From Eledone cirrhosa (lineage: Eukaryota): a stretch of DNA of 64,000 nt. Below the pieces are notes generated by a model. That model was not told where the DNA came from. It saw only the letters and a program-made list of their open reading frames with translations, and did not search any database. Numbering within the stretch: position 1 is the first letter of the stretch; each line of letters starts with the position of its first letter. Of the stretch, positions 1 to 12,283 are shown piece after piece. The stretch is from assembly GCA_964016885.1 (NCBI GenBank), contig OZ024748.1, forward strand, positions 4,712,001-4,776,000, in the 5' to 3' direction. A program made the position numbers and the translations under genes.

Positions 1-98
1 CAACACACTTAATACGGAGTGTTTAAGAGGTCCTTACAAACCATTATAGTTAAGTATGTCTCCGCCTACTATTCAAAATTTATAGCGTGTACACATGG

Positions 99-134
<36 letters not shown>

Positions 135-207
135 ATTGAAATTTCCGTTGGAAACAGAAAAGGTCATAGAAGTGAAGAGTGCTCTATGTAAGTATCAGAG
201 CAAAATT

Positions 208-405
208 TAATGTATAAAAATCAATACAATATAATTACCTCATTACCAGAGGTTTCCCGAATGAAGCGAATACGAAAGAAACGTCTTCATTCGTTCGTCA
301 GACGAGGCAATCTGACGAACGAATGAAGACGTTTCTTTCGTATTCGCTTCATTCGGGAAACCTCTGGTAATGAGTTAATTATATTGTATTGATTTTTATA
401 CATTA
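208..405. mobile_element. Head-to-head palindrome of an HHR-like element (family B, Penelope pLTR-like)
   Basis: ~95-bp arms (208-302 and 311-405) with one mismatch and an 8-nt spacer. The minus-strand arm reads CTGACGA-aCGAATGAAG..CTTCATTCGg-GAAA-CCTC..GAGG-TA; the plus arm has GAGT. Homologue at 38467-38567. Confidence 0.75.
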
Positions 406-430
406 TATATATATATATATATATTATAAT

Positions 431-648
431 AATGGTTTCTGTTAGGCGCAAGGCCACCAATATTGCAGGAAAGGAAAGTCGATTAACTCAGTTCCAGTGT
501 ATTACTGGTATTTTATTTTATCGACCCTGTAAAGATGAAAGGTAAAGCTACCCTCGGCCGGATTTGAACTCAGATCGTAAAGAATCGTAACTATATGTCA
601 CAAAGCATGTTGTACGACGATCTACCGACACTGACAATACACCCTCCT
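431..648 (-). mobile_element. tRNA-derived SINE (Meta/MESC-like core), diverged
   Basis: Reverse complement contains the B-box GAGTTCAAATCC and the CCTTTCATC..GGGTCGATAAAATAAA..TACCAG core shared with other copies. Confidence 0.85.
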
Positions 649-670
649 CTTAATAATAATAATAGCAATA

Positions 671-929
671 CTGGTTTCTTTTATAGGCACAAGGCCAACA
701 ATTTTGGGGGAGGGGAAAGTCGAATAAATCGACCCCAGTGCGTGACTGGTACTTTATTTTATCGACCCCGTAAGGATGAAGGTAAAGTTAACTACAAATC
801 TCACCGAGGTTAACTTTGCCTTTCATCCTTACGAGGTCGATAAAATAAAGTACCAGTAATGCACTGGGTCGATTTAATCGACTTTTCCTTCCTCCAAAAT
901 TGATGGCCTTGTGCCTATATAAGAAACCA
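671..929. mobile_element. Two truncated SINE copies head-to-head (671-792 minus, 794-929 plus)
   Basis: Mutually reverse-complementary SINE 3' halves (ggcacaaggcc..ggatgaaaggtaaagttaac / gttaactttgcctttcatcc..ggccttgtgcc). Confidence 0.85.
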
Positions 930-1029
930 ATAACAGTAATAATAATAATAAAATATGTGAGTGAGTGTGTGTGTGTGTATGTATATGTATATGTATCCAA
1001 ATACTCTCTCGCAAACCCATACTCACTCA

Positions 1030-1119
<90 letters not shown>

Positions 1120-1419
1120 ACCGTATGTGTGAAAATAGTAGATAAGAAAATATTCAAATTTCATGTAACAAATCTACTCGTTACTACGTATGGATGTGAA
1201 GAAACATCTTGTATAAGAAGTGTAGGCTCTAACCAGTCGGCGAAACTTGTATTACATACAAATGACATTATTGATATAATATAAATTATGTTACCCTTTA
1301 TTCTAAGTATAGAGCTCTGTCGTCAGATTATGTTTGTAACCTGTAAATCCTACGTTTTATAGTGTTTTATATTAACCACATTGATATATATATATATATA
1401 TATATACGTAGATGGGTAT

Positions 1420-1456
<37 letters not shown>

Positions 1457-1626
1457 TTCATACATAAACATACGCAAACATACATATATGCAGACATTAA
1501 GCTTCAGTTGAAGACAACGGACCTCATAAATCAACAGAGGTGTCAGCTGTGACAAAGAATCAAGGTAACAAACAACTTCTAACTCATATATATATATATA
1601 TATATGTGTATATGTATATATATGTG

Positions 1627-1699
<73 letters not shown>

Positions 1700-1700
<1 letters not shown>

Positions 1701-2460
1701 CATCTATGCATACATGTATTTATATATTGTGTAGTTAATACGAAGCATTGTGAAACATATAGTAAAATACATAAAATCCTTTTTTTAAAGCGGCTACAAT
1801 GTGTTAGAAAAATACGAAGGGCTAAAGATGACAAACGAAACAAAACAAAACAAAGTAATGTTTTACCCAATATATTTCAACATGATATTTCGGGGTTAAA
1901 ACCCTCTTTCTAGATGCGAAACTGAAAGTGTCCACCAGCAAAACAAACGAGCGATCTGAGTTTTCTTCCCTAACTGATCTATGTGTTTACAAAACGCATG
2001 CACTTGCGCGGAATCGCTACAGTAACCATTGTGCCTCGTGCATTTCTTAGCAGTTATTTATCTCTGGTTTTATTCAGCTCATGAAAATGGTCTCCTTAAT
2101 CCTTAAATTTATCATACTCCTTTTAGTGGTCGCTGTGGCGACATCAATGTCTTGGTTGCGGCATCTATCAACATGTCTGTTACTGGAAGAGGCTCTCATT
2201 CTCACGTGTTCCTTGATCCGTATGTGAAGCATCATTATGGTGCTTCCGATGTATAAGGAGCTACATTTTGTTGCAAGTAAGCTTATAGCCCACATATGCT
2301 CTCATGAATACTTCTGCGTTGGTGATGGGACATCGCTTGATATGTGACATTTTTTTGCGATGCATGGCATTACTGGCCACAGGCACGTCCTTAGAATGAG
2401 TAAAAAGCCACGTCTGTGATGCCCATGCTTATGTATTAAGCGATGGCATTACTCGAAATC
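1700..2460 (-). mobile_element. Penelope-like retroelement 3' fragment: GIY-YIG endonuclease pseudogene plus pLTR with degenerate minimal HHR
   Basis: Frameshifted translation CHIKRCPI..YVGYKLTC/KCSSLYIGSTIMMLHIRIKEH..SSSNRHVDRC..LRIKETIFMS*IKPEIN matches the PLE GIY-YIG pattern. Downstream minus-strand GCAT-CTAGAAAGA-GGGTTTTAACCCC-GAAATATC-ATGT at ~1880-1917. Ends in a TA-rich tract. Confidence 0.8.
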
Positions 2461-2539
2461 GAATTACAACCATCATCATCATGTATATATGTATGCCTAT
2501 ATGTATGTATGCGTATTTGTATGTAAAAAAAACACACGG

Positions 2540-2735
2540 TGGACATAAAGATTCTGTCCCACAGGGTAACCTCACCAGTCCCGTGGAAAGCACAACTCTC
2601 TTCTGTCACCTGTTGTTGTAAACCATGCAGATCTATAGCTGGCCTACAAAGTCATCTACGTAGTCATGGACACAGATGGTATGATAATGAAGAATCAATA
2701 AGAGACGACAATCATCTGTGAAGACGCTGCAATCC
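2540..2735 (+). mobile_element. RTE-clade LINE 3' terminus relic
   Basis: C-terminal C2H2-like motif CCCKPCRSIAGLQSHLRSH, typical of RTE/BovB-like ORF ends. Confidence 0.55.
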
Positions 2736-2748
2736 ATATGTATGTATG

Positions 2749-3290
2749 TTCTTCTGGTTTTATAATTTCACAAAGTTTTACCAATAGAGAGAGAGTCGGT
2801 TTCTAACAGACACAAGACTCTCTCATTGGAATTTACACAACATCAACTAGGTAGATATGTATGTATGTCTACATGTGTAGATATGGATGTTATTGTATGT
2901 GTGGATGTGGATGTTTTGGGTTGTATGTGTGCATGTGTATATGCTTTGTATCTGTACATGTGTATATGCAGTTATTACATGCACATTTTTTGGAATGTTT
3001 TACATATTTTTTACTGTTCCATTAATGGATTGTACTTGTAATTTCCTAACTAGTTGTGTTCTTTCTGTTCCTGTGAAGCCCAGCTTCTCAAGATTTGTAT
3101 TGAGGCAGTTACTAACATATCCCAGTGCCCCAATAATCACAGGTATAAATCTGAAGGTGTAATCAGGGTGGAGTATCTGCAGATATCTCATCAGTTCTGC
3201 ATAGATATTCTCCTTTTCGCTAATCTTTGATATTATATTGGCATCTGCTGGGCAGCTAATTTCCACTACTGTGCATGTTTTCTTCTCCCT
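2749..3290 (-). mobile_element. 5'-truncated RLE-type non-LTR retrotransposon inserted in (CATA)n
   Basis: ORF 3000-3266 (EISCPAD..KISEKENIYAEL..FIPVIIGALG..LQVQSINGTVK, then ICKTF after a frameshift) is a restriction-like endonuclease C-terminus. Both ends abut TATG repeats. Confidence 0.75.
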
Positions 3291-4484
3291 ATGTATGTAT
3301 GTATGTATGTATGTATGTATATATGTATGTATGTATGTCGCAGGTTTTATGTCAGAGTTATCCCAGTTTCCTGACTTGCCTTCTCCTATAAGAATGCCCT
3401 GACAAAGGTTAGGGGTCCTTCACTCCCAGTAGTTACCGATGATGTTGATCTTTTCTTCTTTTCGGGTTATAGCTATTGTCGCTGAGAGAGAGAGTGGGAT
3501 TGGCTCAGTGCACAGTCTTTCTTAACTTTAAAAAAATCCTTGCGCACAGGCATTGCACGATGGAATTAATTAATAATTACTAATAATGGTATATCGTGCA
3601 ATGGCCATACTCGATAACGAGGTGGCAGCCATCATGTATGTATGTAAACAAAGGAACAAAGATATACAGTAGAGGGTGTTATATTCACATATTGTAGACT
3701 ATAATAGAAACATGGGTTCGTAAAATTGCAAAAGGAAAGTTTGTTTGTTTGTTTATTTGGAGCAATGGATGTTTCCCTCGTAGTCAGGTGATCCAACCTA
3801 CAACACTTCACTCCGCTTTCAAAATCCACAACAATCGGACCTTTGTTATATACGTGTCATAGGTTAAATGCATATATATATGTGTATGTATGTGTGTATG
3901 TATGGGTGTGTGTTTGTGTGTTTGTCTCTGTGTGTGTATATGTATGCATGTGAGTATGAGTGTATGAATGTGTTTCTCTGTGTGTGTGTGTGTGTGTGTG
4001 TACTTTTAACTGTTTGTGTATGTTTAAGTGTGTGCGTATGTGAGTGTGTGTGAATGTGTTTCTCTGTGTGCGTGTATTTTTCACTGTTTGTGTATGTTTA
4101 AGTGTGTGTATGTGTGTATGTTTGTCTGTGTGTGTGTATGTGTGTGTTTGTCTCTGTGTATGTATGTGTATGCATGTGAGTGTGTGTATGTGCAAATATG
4201 TGACTGTGTGTATGTATGTTTGTTATGTGTTTGTCTGTGAGTGTATGTTTATGTATATGAGTGTGTATATATGTGTATGTATATGAGTGTCTATATATAT
4301 GTTTGTCTCTCTGTGTGTATGTGTAAATATGCGAGTGCATGTATGCATATGTGTATGTTTATGTATATGAGTGTGTATATATGTGTATGTATATGAGTGT
4401 ATGTATATATGTTTGTGTACATGTTTGTCTCCGTGTGTATGTGAGTGTATGTATGTGTGTGTATGTGTGTGTATATATATATGA

Positions 4485-4556
<72 letters not shown>

Positions 4557-4949
4557 ATAGGCATCTGTTAGATACAGTAAATGAGTTGTGTATGTTTAAC
4601 ATGGAAGTACATTAATCTTCCGCCATTTTCTTGTAGTGTTATAGTTATTGTTAATGATGATGTTGTTTTGTTAGTCTTGTTTCCTTTCTCTCCTCACTCA
4701 TTCTTCTTGTAAATTTACATGTTTTGTTGTGTTTTTATTTATATTTGTTTTTCCGCTCTCTCTCAACCATGAACATGACAACACATCGCTACGCTACACT
4801 ACACAGACAACACATCTCACTCTGTCTTAAAAACAATTCTCATTCTTACACTGCGCGCTTTATACGCTTTGCATTCTCTCATTCATACATTCTCTATCGA
4901 TAGATCTCTCTCTCTGTCTGTCGCTCTATCTCTCTTTCTCTCTCTACCC

Positions 4950-5020
<71 letters not shown>

Positions 5021-5023
<3 letters not shown>

Positions 5024-5837
5024 ATATATAAAATTAAGTATGTGTGTGTATGTGTGCGTGTGTCTGTGTGTCTGTATATTACCTATAGGGGCCTACATCT
5101 TACGACCGATTTTCATGAAACTTTACAGGCTCATAGGTTAGTCGTCGGGGAGTGTTTTCTGTGTATCAGCGTATCGTTTTTTTTTTATTCCGGGGTCATT
5201 CTGCAGATAAAAATCGATAGGGGGGTAGGTCACCTTTTTTTAAGTATCGAAAATTAAGATTTTTGGCTCTAGATCCCACATTTTGCCACCAATTTCGTTC
5301 AAATTTTAAAGCAAAATAGAATTTATCATTGCACATCCTGTAATGGCTTTATATTTTGCCTTTGTTCTTCAGGGACGGCCTGGCAGCCGCTTAACTATTC
5401 AAAAATACCACTTTTAGACTCAAATTTAGGCTCTATCTCCTACATTAATCAACCTACTTTGTTCAAATTTTACACTACACTAGATCTGATTATTTCACGT
5501 CTTAAAGTGGCTTTATATTTTGGATATTTTGTTCAAGAATGGTGTGGCAGCCGCTTAAATATTCGAAAATACCACTTTTTCGCTCAAATTTCTGCCTTTT
5601 CGGCTCTAGCTCCCACATTTTTCAACCGATTTCGTTCAAATTCGAAAATCCCTCCCCCAGCATGCCTATTCGTCAGTCACCCGCGTTTCTCAGTGATAGA
5701 GGTCATCACCACCCTCCCCCCGCATGTCCTGTGTGTGGCCATAGATGAGTCATCGAGAAGCAGTCGCTAAGATCAACACCTTTTCATCAAAGCAGATATT
5801 ATTTTACCTACCCAGGCAACGCTGGGTACTGCTGCTA

Positions 5838-5838
<1 letters not shown>
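5021..5838 (+). mobile_element. Non-autonomous Helitron-like element
   Basis: 3' hairpin ACCCAGG-CAA-CGCTGGGT followed by CTAG|T at 5835-5838. 5' end TATATATAAAA..(TG/TC-rich). Internal duplicated block GGCAGCCGCTTAA..AAAATACCACTTT (~5382 and ~5546). Confidence 0.7.
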
Positions 5839-5888
<50 letters not shown>

Positions 5889-5891
<3 letters not shown>

Positions 5892-6042
5892 AGATCCATG
5901 ACGGCTAGATCCGTACTGCGTTCGGATCTAGCTGTCGAAACTGGCGGAGCTCAGCTGTCGGGTTCCTGAATCTCTACTACCCCAAGTGTCGAGCACTCTG
6001 GTAGGTTATGGTCTAGCTTGTTTTTACTACACCCTATCTGAT
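5889..6042 (+). mobile_element. HHR-bearing short element, family A (most complete local copy, core partly deleted)
   Basis: AGATCC-[core deletion]AT-GACGGCTAGATCCG..CGGATCTAGCTGTC-GAAA-CTGGC..AGCTG-TC-GGGTTC, followed by the family A tail (CTCTACTACCC..GAGCACTCTGG..GTTATGGTC). Flanked by (TA)n. Confidence 0.65.
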
Positions 6043-6099
6043 ATATTTATATATATATTTATATATCGATGGCCGACTGAATATGACGTGTGCTTCTTT

Positions 6100-6325
6100 T
6101 TCTCCCCAGTTTTGTTTTTCATATTCTCCCTTCCCTCCGCTTATCACTCTTTACTTTCTATTTATCTTTTATTTCTAACTCTAACTTCCGATGAAGGACT
6201 AGTGTCCGCAACGTTAAGACTCCCTTCCTGCTATTTCAAGCATTAAACTAATATATTTCTTCCATGTACTGTGTCGTTTGTTTTGTTACTTTTGTTATTT
6301 ATGTTATTTCTCTTTAACTTTTACA
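6100..6325 (+). mobile_element. Family F element with degenerate minimal HHR (6183-6220)
   Basis: CCGATGA-AGGACTAGTGTCC-GCAACGTT-AAGAC, then TTCCTGCTATTTCAAGCATTAAACTAATATA, shared with the 9500-9710 and 18670-18850 copies. Confidence 0.65.
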
Positions 6326-6375
6326 CCCCCCACACCCACCCACACATATATACACATAAACACACATATATACAT

Positions 6376-6438
<63 letters not shown>

Positions 6439-6443
6439 TATAC

Positions 6444-6476
<33 letters not shown>

Positions 6477-6529
6477 CATATATATATATATTTGTTTCGA
6501 CACACGATTTCATATAAAAAACCTCGCTA

Positions 6530-6606
<77 letters not shown>

Positions 6607-6826
6607 CACTGCCATTTAATACTTTCGTTGTTCAGTTTTATTTTGTGACGCTTGCAATGTCAAACCTCTCTCTTGCCCGTTTATCATAATAAACTTTCGA
6701 ACTTTGGACAATAGATGACAATTGGGGAGTTAGTGTCAATGGTCTTATGAAAGACTCTTTGATAGAATACATGACATGTTAGGGCAATGAAACGAATTAT
6801 ATATATAGTTATACACACACACAGAT

Positions 6827-6929
<103 letters not shown>

Positions 6930-7500
6930 CATACATGCATACATAAATGCATACATACCTATAGACACACAAGCACACACACATATATATATATATATAC
7001 ATATATACACACAAACATACATACCTATAGACACACAAGAACATACACACACATATATATATATACATATATATATAGCTACAACCATACATACCTATAG
7101 ACACACAACCACATACACACTCATATAAATACATATATATATACACACAAACATACATACTTATAGACACACAAGCACATACACACACCTATATATATAT
7201 ATACATACATATATACATTCATATCTACATTCATAGGTTTTGTGTATATATTTGTATGTATTATAATACGTCGACCAACTAATTTCTAAACCAATCATCA
7301 ATACCAAGCTCAACCCCACCATTTTGCATCAGAACAAAAAAATATATACACCAATTTATCTTTATCACTCTTTCCTCTCTAAAACATACATATGTATGTG
7401 TAAATACATGTATATATTACTATATGTATAAATGTATATAGGTGTATATATAAACGTACATATATATGATTATATGTATAAACGTATGTATGTGTATATG

Positions 7501-7534
<34 letters not shown>

Positions 7535-7752
7535 CTTTTGTGAATCTTGATATCTCTTTGTATAGTGCTAATGTTGTTGTTGTTGTTATTGATATCAATT
7601 CGTAGTTGTTGTTATCATTGTCGTTGTTTTCCCGCTCGTCTCTCACAGATGGAACATACACACACCACGACCTTCAATCGCAGGTTCAACATTACAGCAC
7701 TGCTGAATATATTGAAATAAGGTAAGAATTTTTCGTTAAAAAATATTTATAA

Positions 7753-8062
7753 TACTCTCCGATCTTGAACAATCGCCTCCTCCCACCGCATATTAAATTT
7801 TCCTAATCTATCTCTGACAAAATTTTATTATAAGTGATTCATATTAATACAGAAGCTGCAGGATCTATTTTACATTAAATATTTTGTTTTACATTACATA
7901 TGACAAAAAAGAACGTTTACTATACAATTTACTAAAAAATTTACGAACGTTTACTATACAATTACCGATTTCCCGACCCACCGATTATAAGAATTTAAAC
8001 AAATGTCGTCCCCCCCCCCCGCTTATTCCAACCCCTTCCCTATTATTTTGGAGCCGAGAGTA
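7753..8062. mobile_element. Putative MITE with degenerate terminal inverted repeats
   Basis: Termini TACTCTCCGATCTTGAA.. and ..TTTTGGAGCCGAGAGTA are imperfect inverted repeats with TA ends. Confidence 0.45.
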
Positions 8063-8179
8063 CATATTAAATATTTCTTTAATTAAATATCATTTAACTT
8101 CATTTTCATATATCTATTATGCTTATATATTTTTCAAAGTTTTGCTTTATTTAGTTTTTATTTGGACATATGTTAGGTA

Positions 8180-8347
8180 CCGTACTTCCCGGCGCCGAAG
8201 ACACTTCGTCCTGGAGGACGCACCCTAATTTTAAGAAACAAAACATTTGAAAAAAAAAAGAAATTATAACACAACGTTCGGCCTCCAGGTAGATTTTTGA
8301 GACGTATTTTAGGAAAAAAGTAGCGTCTTCCACGCCGGGAAATACGA
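8180..8347. mobile_element. Tc1/mariner-pogo type MITE
   Basis: TIRs CCGTACTTCCCGGCGCCGAAGAC / GTCTTCCACGCCGGGAAATACG, TA flanks. Second copy at 23400-23568. Confidence 0.8.
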
Positions 8348-8649
8348 TATATTTTTAGAATTTAAGACAAATTTTAATTTTAGAAATACTAGTCCTTGTT
8401 GTTACTGGTTATTGATTTGCTCTCAGTAGTTAACTGGTTTAGAACATGTCAAGTTGTGTATCGCTATGTGTTTACATAATTTAATATATTAAACTATGGA
8501 GAGAAAAATACAATTGGACTCTGGGTGATATTAGAATGTAAGGATATAAAGAAACAAAACGAAACACAGAAATAAGATTTACAACGAAGCTCTACCAATT
8601 CTGGTCACTTATCTTTGTCTCAAATATATTTCTGTGATATATATATATG

Positions 8650-8682
<33 letters not shown>

Positions 8683-8873
8683 CACAGAAAAAAAGAGAAT
8701 CACTGTTGCGACGAATGGAATTTATTGGACATATTACTATCATTTCTCTGGCCACCAGCTCGAGGCACAATCGATGTGATGATCGAACCTGACTCTGAAA
8801 ATCGCAAGGTCCTCAGATACGTCTTGATTCTACGAAGCAGATTTTCCTACGGACACTTTAAGCATCCAACACC

Positions 8874-8915
<42 letters not shown>

Positions 8916-9409
8916 ATGCTGAATTAATCAAGAGTGATCCTCATGAGCAAGGTACATTTGATACTGTTTTTATTGCATAGATAAAATATGTTCTGTATGT
9001 GTCTTCGTGTGTGTGTAACTGTGTGTGTATGTACCTATGCAATGCGGCAATTGACACACATGTGCTTCTTCCACACATCCTAATTTATCTAAAAAACGAA
9101 GGAACTTGCAAACGAAAGCTTAATAAGTAATTTAATTAGCAATATATATATATATTATATACATACATATATATACATATGTATGTATGTATATATGTAT
9201 ATGTATGTATATGGCTCACTGTATACATTCTTGGCTTTCTCAAAGAATATTTTCTTCCATTCTTTCCTCTTTTTCTTTTCTGTCTTTCTCTTTCATCTTT
9301 TATTTTTCATTTCATCTACTGATGAAGGACAAATATCCGAAAGTTAAAGTACTTTTCCTCCTATATCAATTGTTTCTTTGTACTCTTTTGTTTCCGTTTA
9401 CATTTTGCA

Positions 9410-9499
<90 letters not shown>

Positions 9500-9500
<1 letters not shown>

Positions 9501-9710
9501 ACATGAATGGACCTGTTATTTTTATCTAAAGACAGTTTTACCAATTCCAACCCGTCCGTCCCTTCAATCTATCTTATTTCTCATTCTGTCTTCTCATGAA
9601 GGACTAGCGTCCGAAACGTCAATACCCTCTTCCTGCTATTTCAAGCGTTAACCTAATATATGCCTTCTGTATACTGTACCGATTGTGTTGTTATTTCTGT
9701 TTACATTTTA
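9500..9710 (+). mobile_element. Family F element with near-consensus minimal HHR (9588-9625)
   Basis: GTCTT-CTCATGA-AGGACTAGCGTCC-GAAACGTC-AATAC, with one core change (G5C) and one helix I mismatch. A related motif lies at 9319-9350 (CTGATGA-AGGACAAATATCC-GAAA). Confidence 0.7.
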
Positions 9711-9748
9711 CACACACGCACACACACACACACGCACGCACACGCACG

Positions 9749-9903
<155 letters not shown>

Positions 9904-10039
9904 GGAGAGGGACAACAGAAAATCTGACGAAACACCGGACAGCATCATCTCACCATTCGACCATTGGAGGTCTTTGAGATTTCGGCATATTTATGTCGAT
10001 ACCACTAGTTCCATTCAACTGATTATTATTATTATTATT

Positions 10040-10883
10040 GTTCTTTGAGTCTCAGTCATTGATGTTAGTTAACTGGAAAGTTTGTTTAAATGAATATCAA
10101 GCCACTACCTGCAGCCTCAGATATTCAGGACGTATCGGAGGGTTCTTGCTGTTCCCAACAAGCATGCCTTTTGAAGCGTTCCAAAAAGCGTGGCGTGGCC
10201 AATTTTCTTTAACCATCCCTGGAAACTTTTTGAGATAGTACCTAGTGCGCCTATGACAATCAGGACCACTTTGACTTCATGGCAGTTCCAAATCCTTTTT
10301 ACCTCCCACTTTAAGTCCTGGTATCGGTTAATTTTCTCCCTCTCCTTCTCTTGCACTCTCGTGTCGAATGGGCATGCCACATCCACAATCACGCACGATC
10401 TTTTTTCTTTGTCCACAACCACCAGGTCAGGTCTATTGTGTTCCAGTTTCTTGTCCATCTGTATCCTAAAATCCCACAGCACCTTCACCTGATCGTTTTC
10501 TATCACCGACTCTGGCTTATGCCCATACCACTTCTCAGAATGTGGTAAATTGTTTACTTTGCATAGGTGCCAGTGGATCACCCTGCCCATCACATCATGC
10601 CGCCAGCTCTTATAGTGAGTCTGGGCTAGGTGTTTACACTCGGATACAATGTGAGCCACAGTCTCCTCTCTCTCTCCACAGATCCTACACAGTGAGCTAG
10701 CCTCCTCCTTGTAAATATGGTGTTTCAACCACTTCGTTTTGAGGGCCTGCTCTTGCGCAGCCATTAGCATTCCTTCTGTAGCCTTTTAAAGGTCTCCTCT
10801 TTTCTACCAGTTCCATGTCTGTGGATCTCTGAATTCAGTTTTCTCAAAGAAAGTACTATGAAGGGATTTTTCATGAAGGCTGC

Positions 10884-10885
<2 letters not shown>
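10040..10885 (-). mobile_element. 5'-truncated R4/Dong-like RLE retrotransposon in (TAA)n
   Basis: ORF 10117-10770 has a CCHC knuckle CRICGEREETVAHIVSEC, RHD, RPDLVVVD, DVACPFD and EKINRYQDL. In-frame stops lie upstream. Flanked by (TTA)n at 10021-10039 and 10884-10948. Confidence 0.9.
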
Positions 10886-10949
<64 letters not shown>

Positions 10950-11608
10950 CGTTTTTCTACACATTTTACTAATTTTAACTCGTTTTTCTGATAAGTTCTT
11001 TTAAGCTTTTATGTTGTATGTTTTTAATTTCTTAATTAAAATCCGTTGTGATCGTATCATAGAACAGTGAGAAAATATAAAGCGGGAAAAGAAGAAAAAA
11101 AAAACTGAACTTCGTAAAAACTTTTAAATGAAAAATATTTTTGATAAAAAAAATGTTTGTCTTGAAGAAATAAAAAAAGAAAATTGCTGCAAAAGAATTC
11201 TTTAGATTTAAACATCAAAAGAATGAATCAGAAACATAGAAACGCATACATACTTACACACACACACGCATACACACACGTTCCATAGAAGCACACACAC
11301 TTACACATTCACACATAAACACACATACATACAAACATGCACACTCACACACATATACACGCATATATCCCATAGAAGCACACACACTTACACTTTCACA
11401 CACATACACACAAACACACACAAACACACACATCCCATAGAAGCACACAAACACAAACTCGCACAAACACACATTCACTCACCTACACAATATATATATA
11501 TATATATATATGTATGTATATCTATCAAATATATGTATGTGTGTATTGTATGCATGTGTGTAGGTATGTATATTCACATGCGCATACATCTGTATGTGTG
11601 TGTGGGTG

Positions 11609-11663
<55 letters not shown>

Positions 11664-11864
11664 TGTAAATATACAGATAAAAATGCAATTGACTCCCAAA
11701 AATAATTAAAACACGAAGTAAAATCTGAAGTACGAAAGGGAGGTCAGTGTGTTGAAAAACGTATCAATGTGGCGCCATCTGGTGGTATGTAGCAAGCATA
11801 TCGTGTTACGGCGTTCATTGGGGAATCATTTACGTAACGAATTCAAACAGATTAGAAAAGGTAC

Positions 11865-11912
<48 letters not shown>

Positions 11913-12096
11913 GTGTGTGTGTAAGTGTACATCTATGTATGATTTATATATGTATATATACATCAACCAGAGAAATGGTTGTGACGAATGAATATATATA
12001 TATATAATAGTAGAATACTGGAGGGTTATATCCGTAGATCCGCATAAGGTGAAACATTTGTTCTCGGTATAGTGAACTAACTGTTGTTGCACTACA

Positions 12097-12174
<78 letters not shown>

Positions 12175-12180
12175 GTAATA

Positions 12181-12272
12181 ATAATAAATTTGAAGACTAA
12201 ATCCAAAGAGGGCTCGATAAGTGAAAGCAACGATTCTTTGCTTAAACTTTAATATGTTATTTTAATAAATAT
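12181..12272 (+). mobile_element. Family E HHR-like short element
   Basis: TTGAAGA..GAAAGCAACGATTCTTTGCTT-AAACTTTAAT.TGTTATTTTAATAAATATATA. Homologues at 23000-23065, 46320-46620 (inverted pair) and 63271-63340. Confidence 0.6.
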
Positions 12273-12283
12273 ATATATATATT

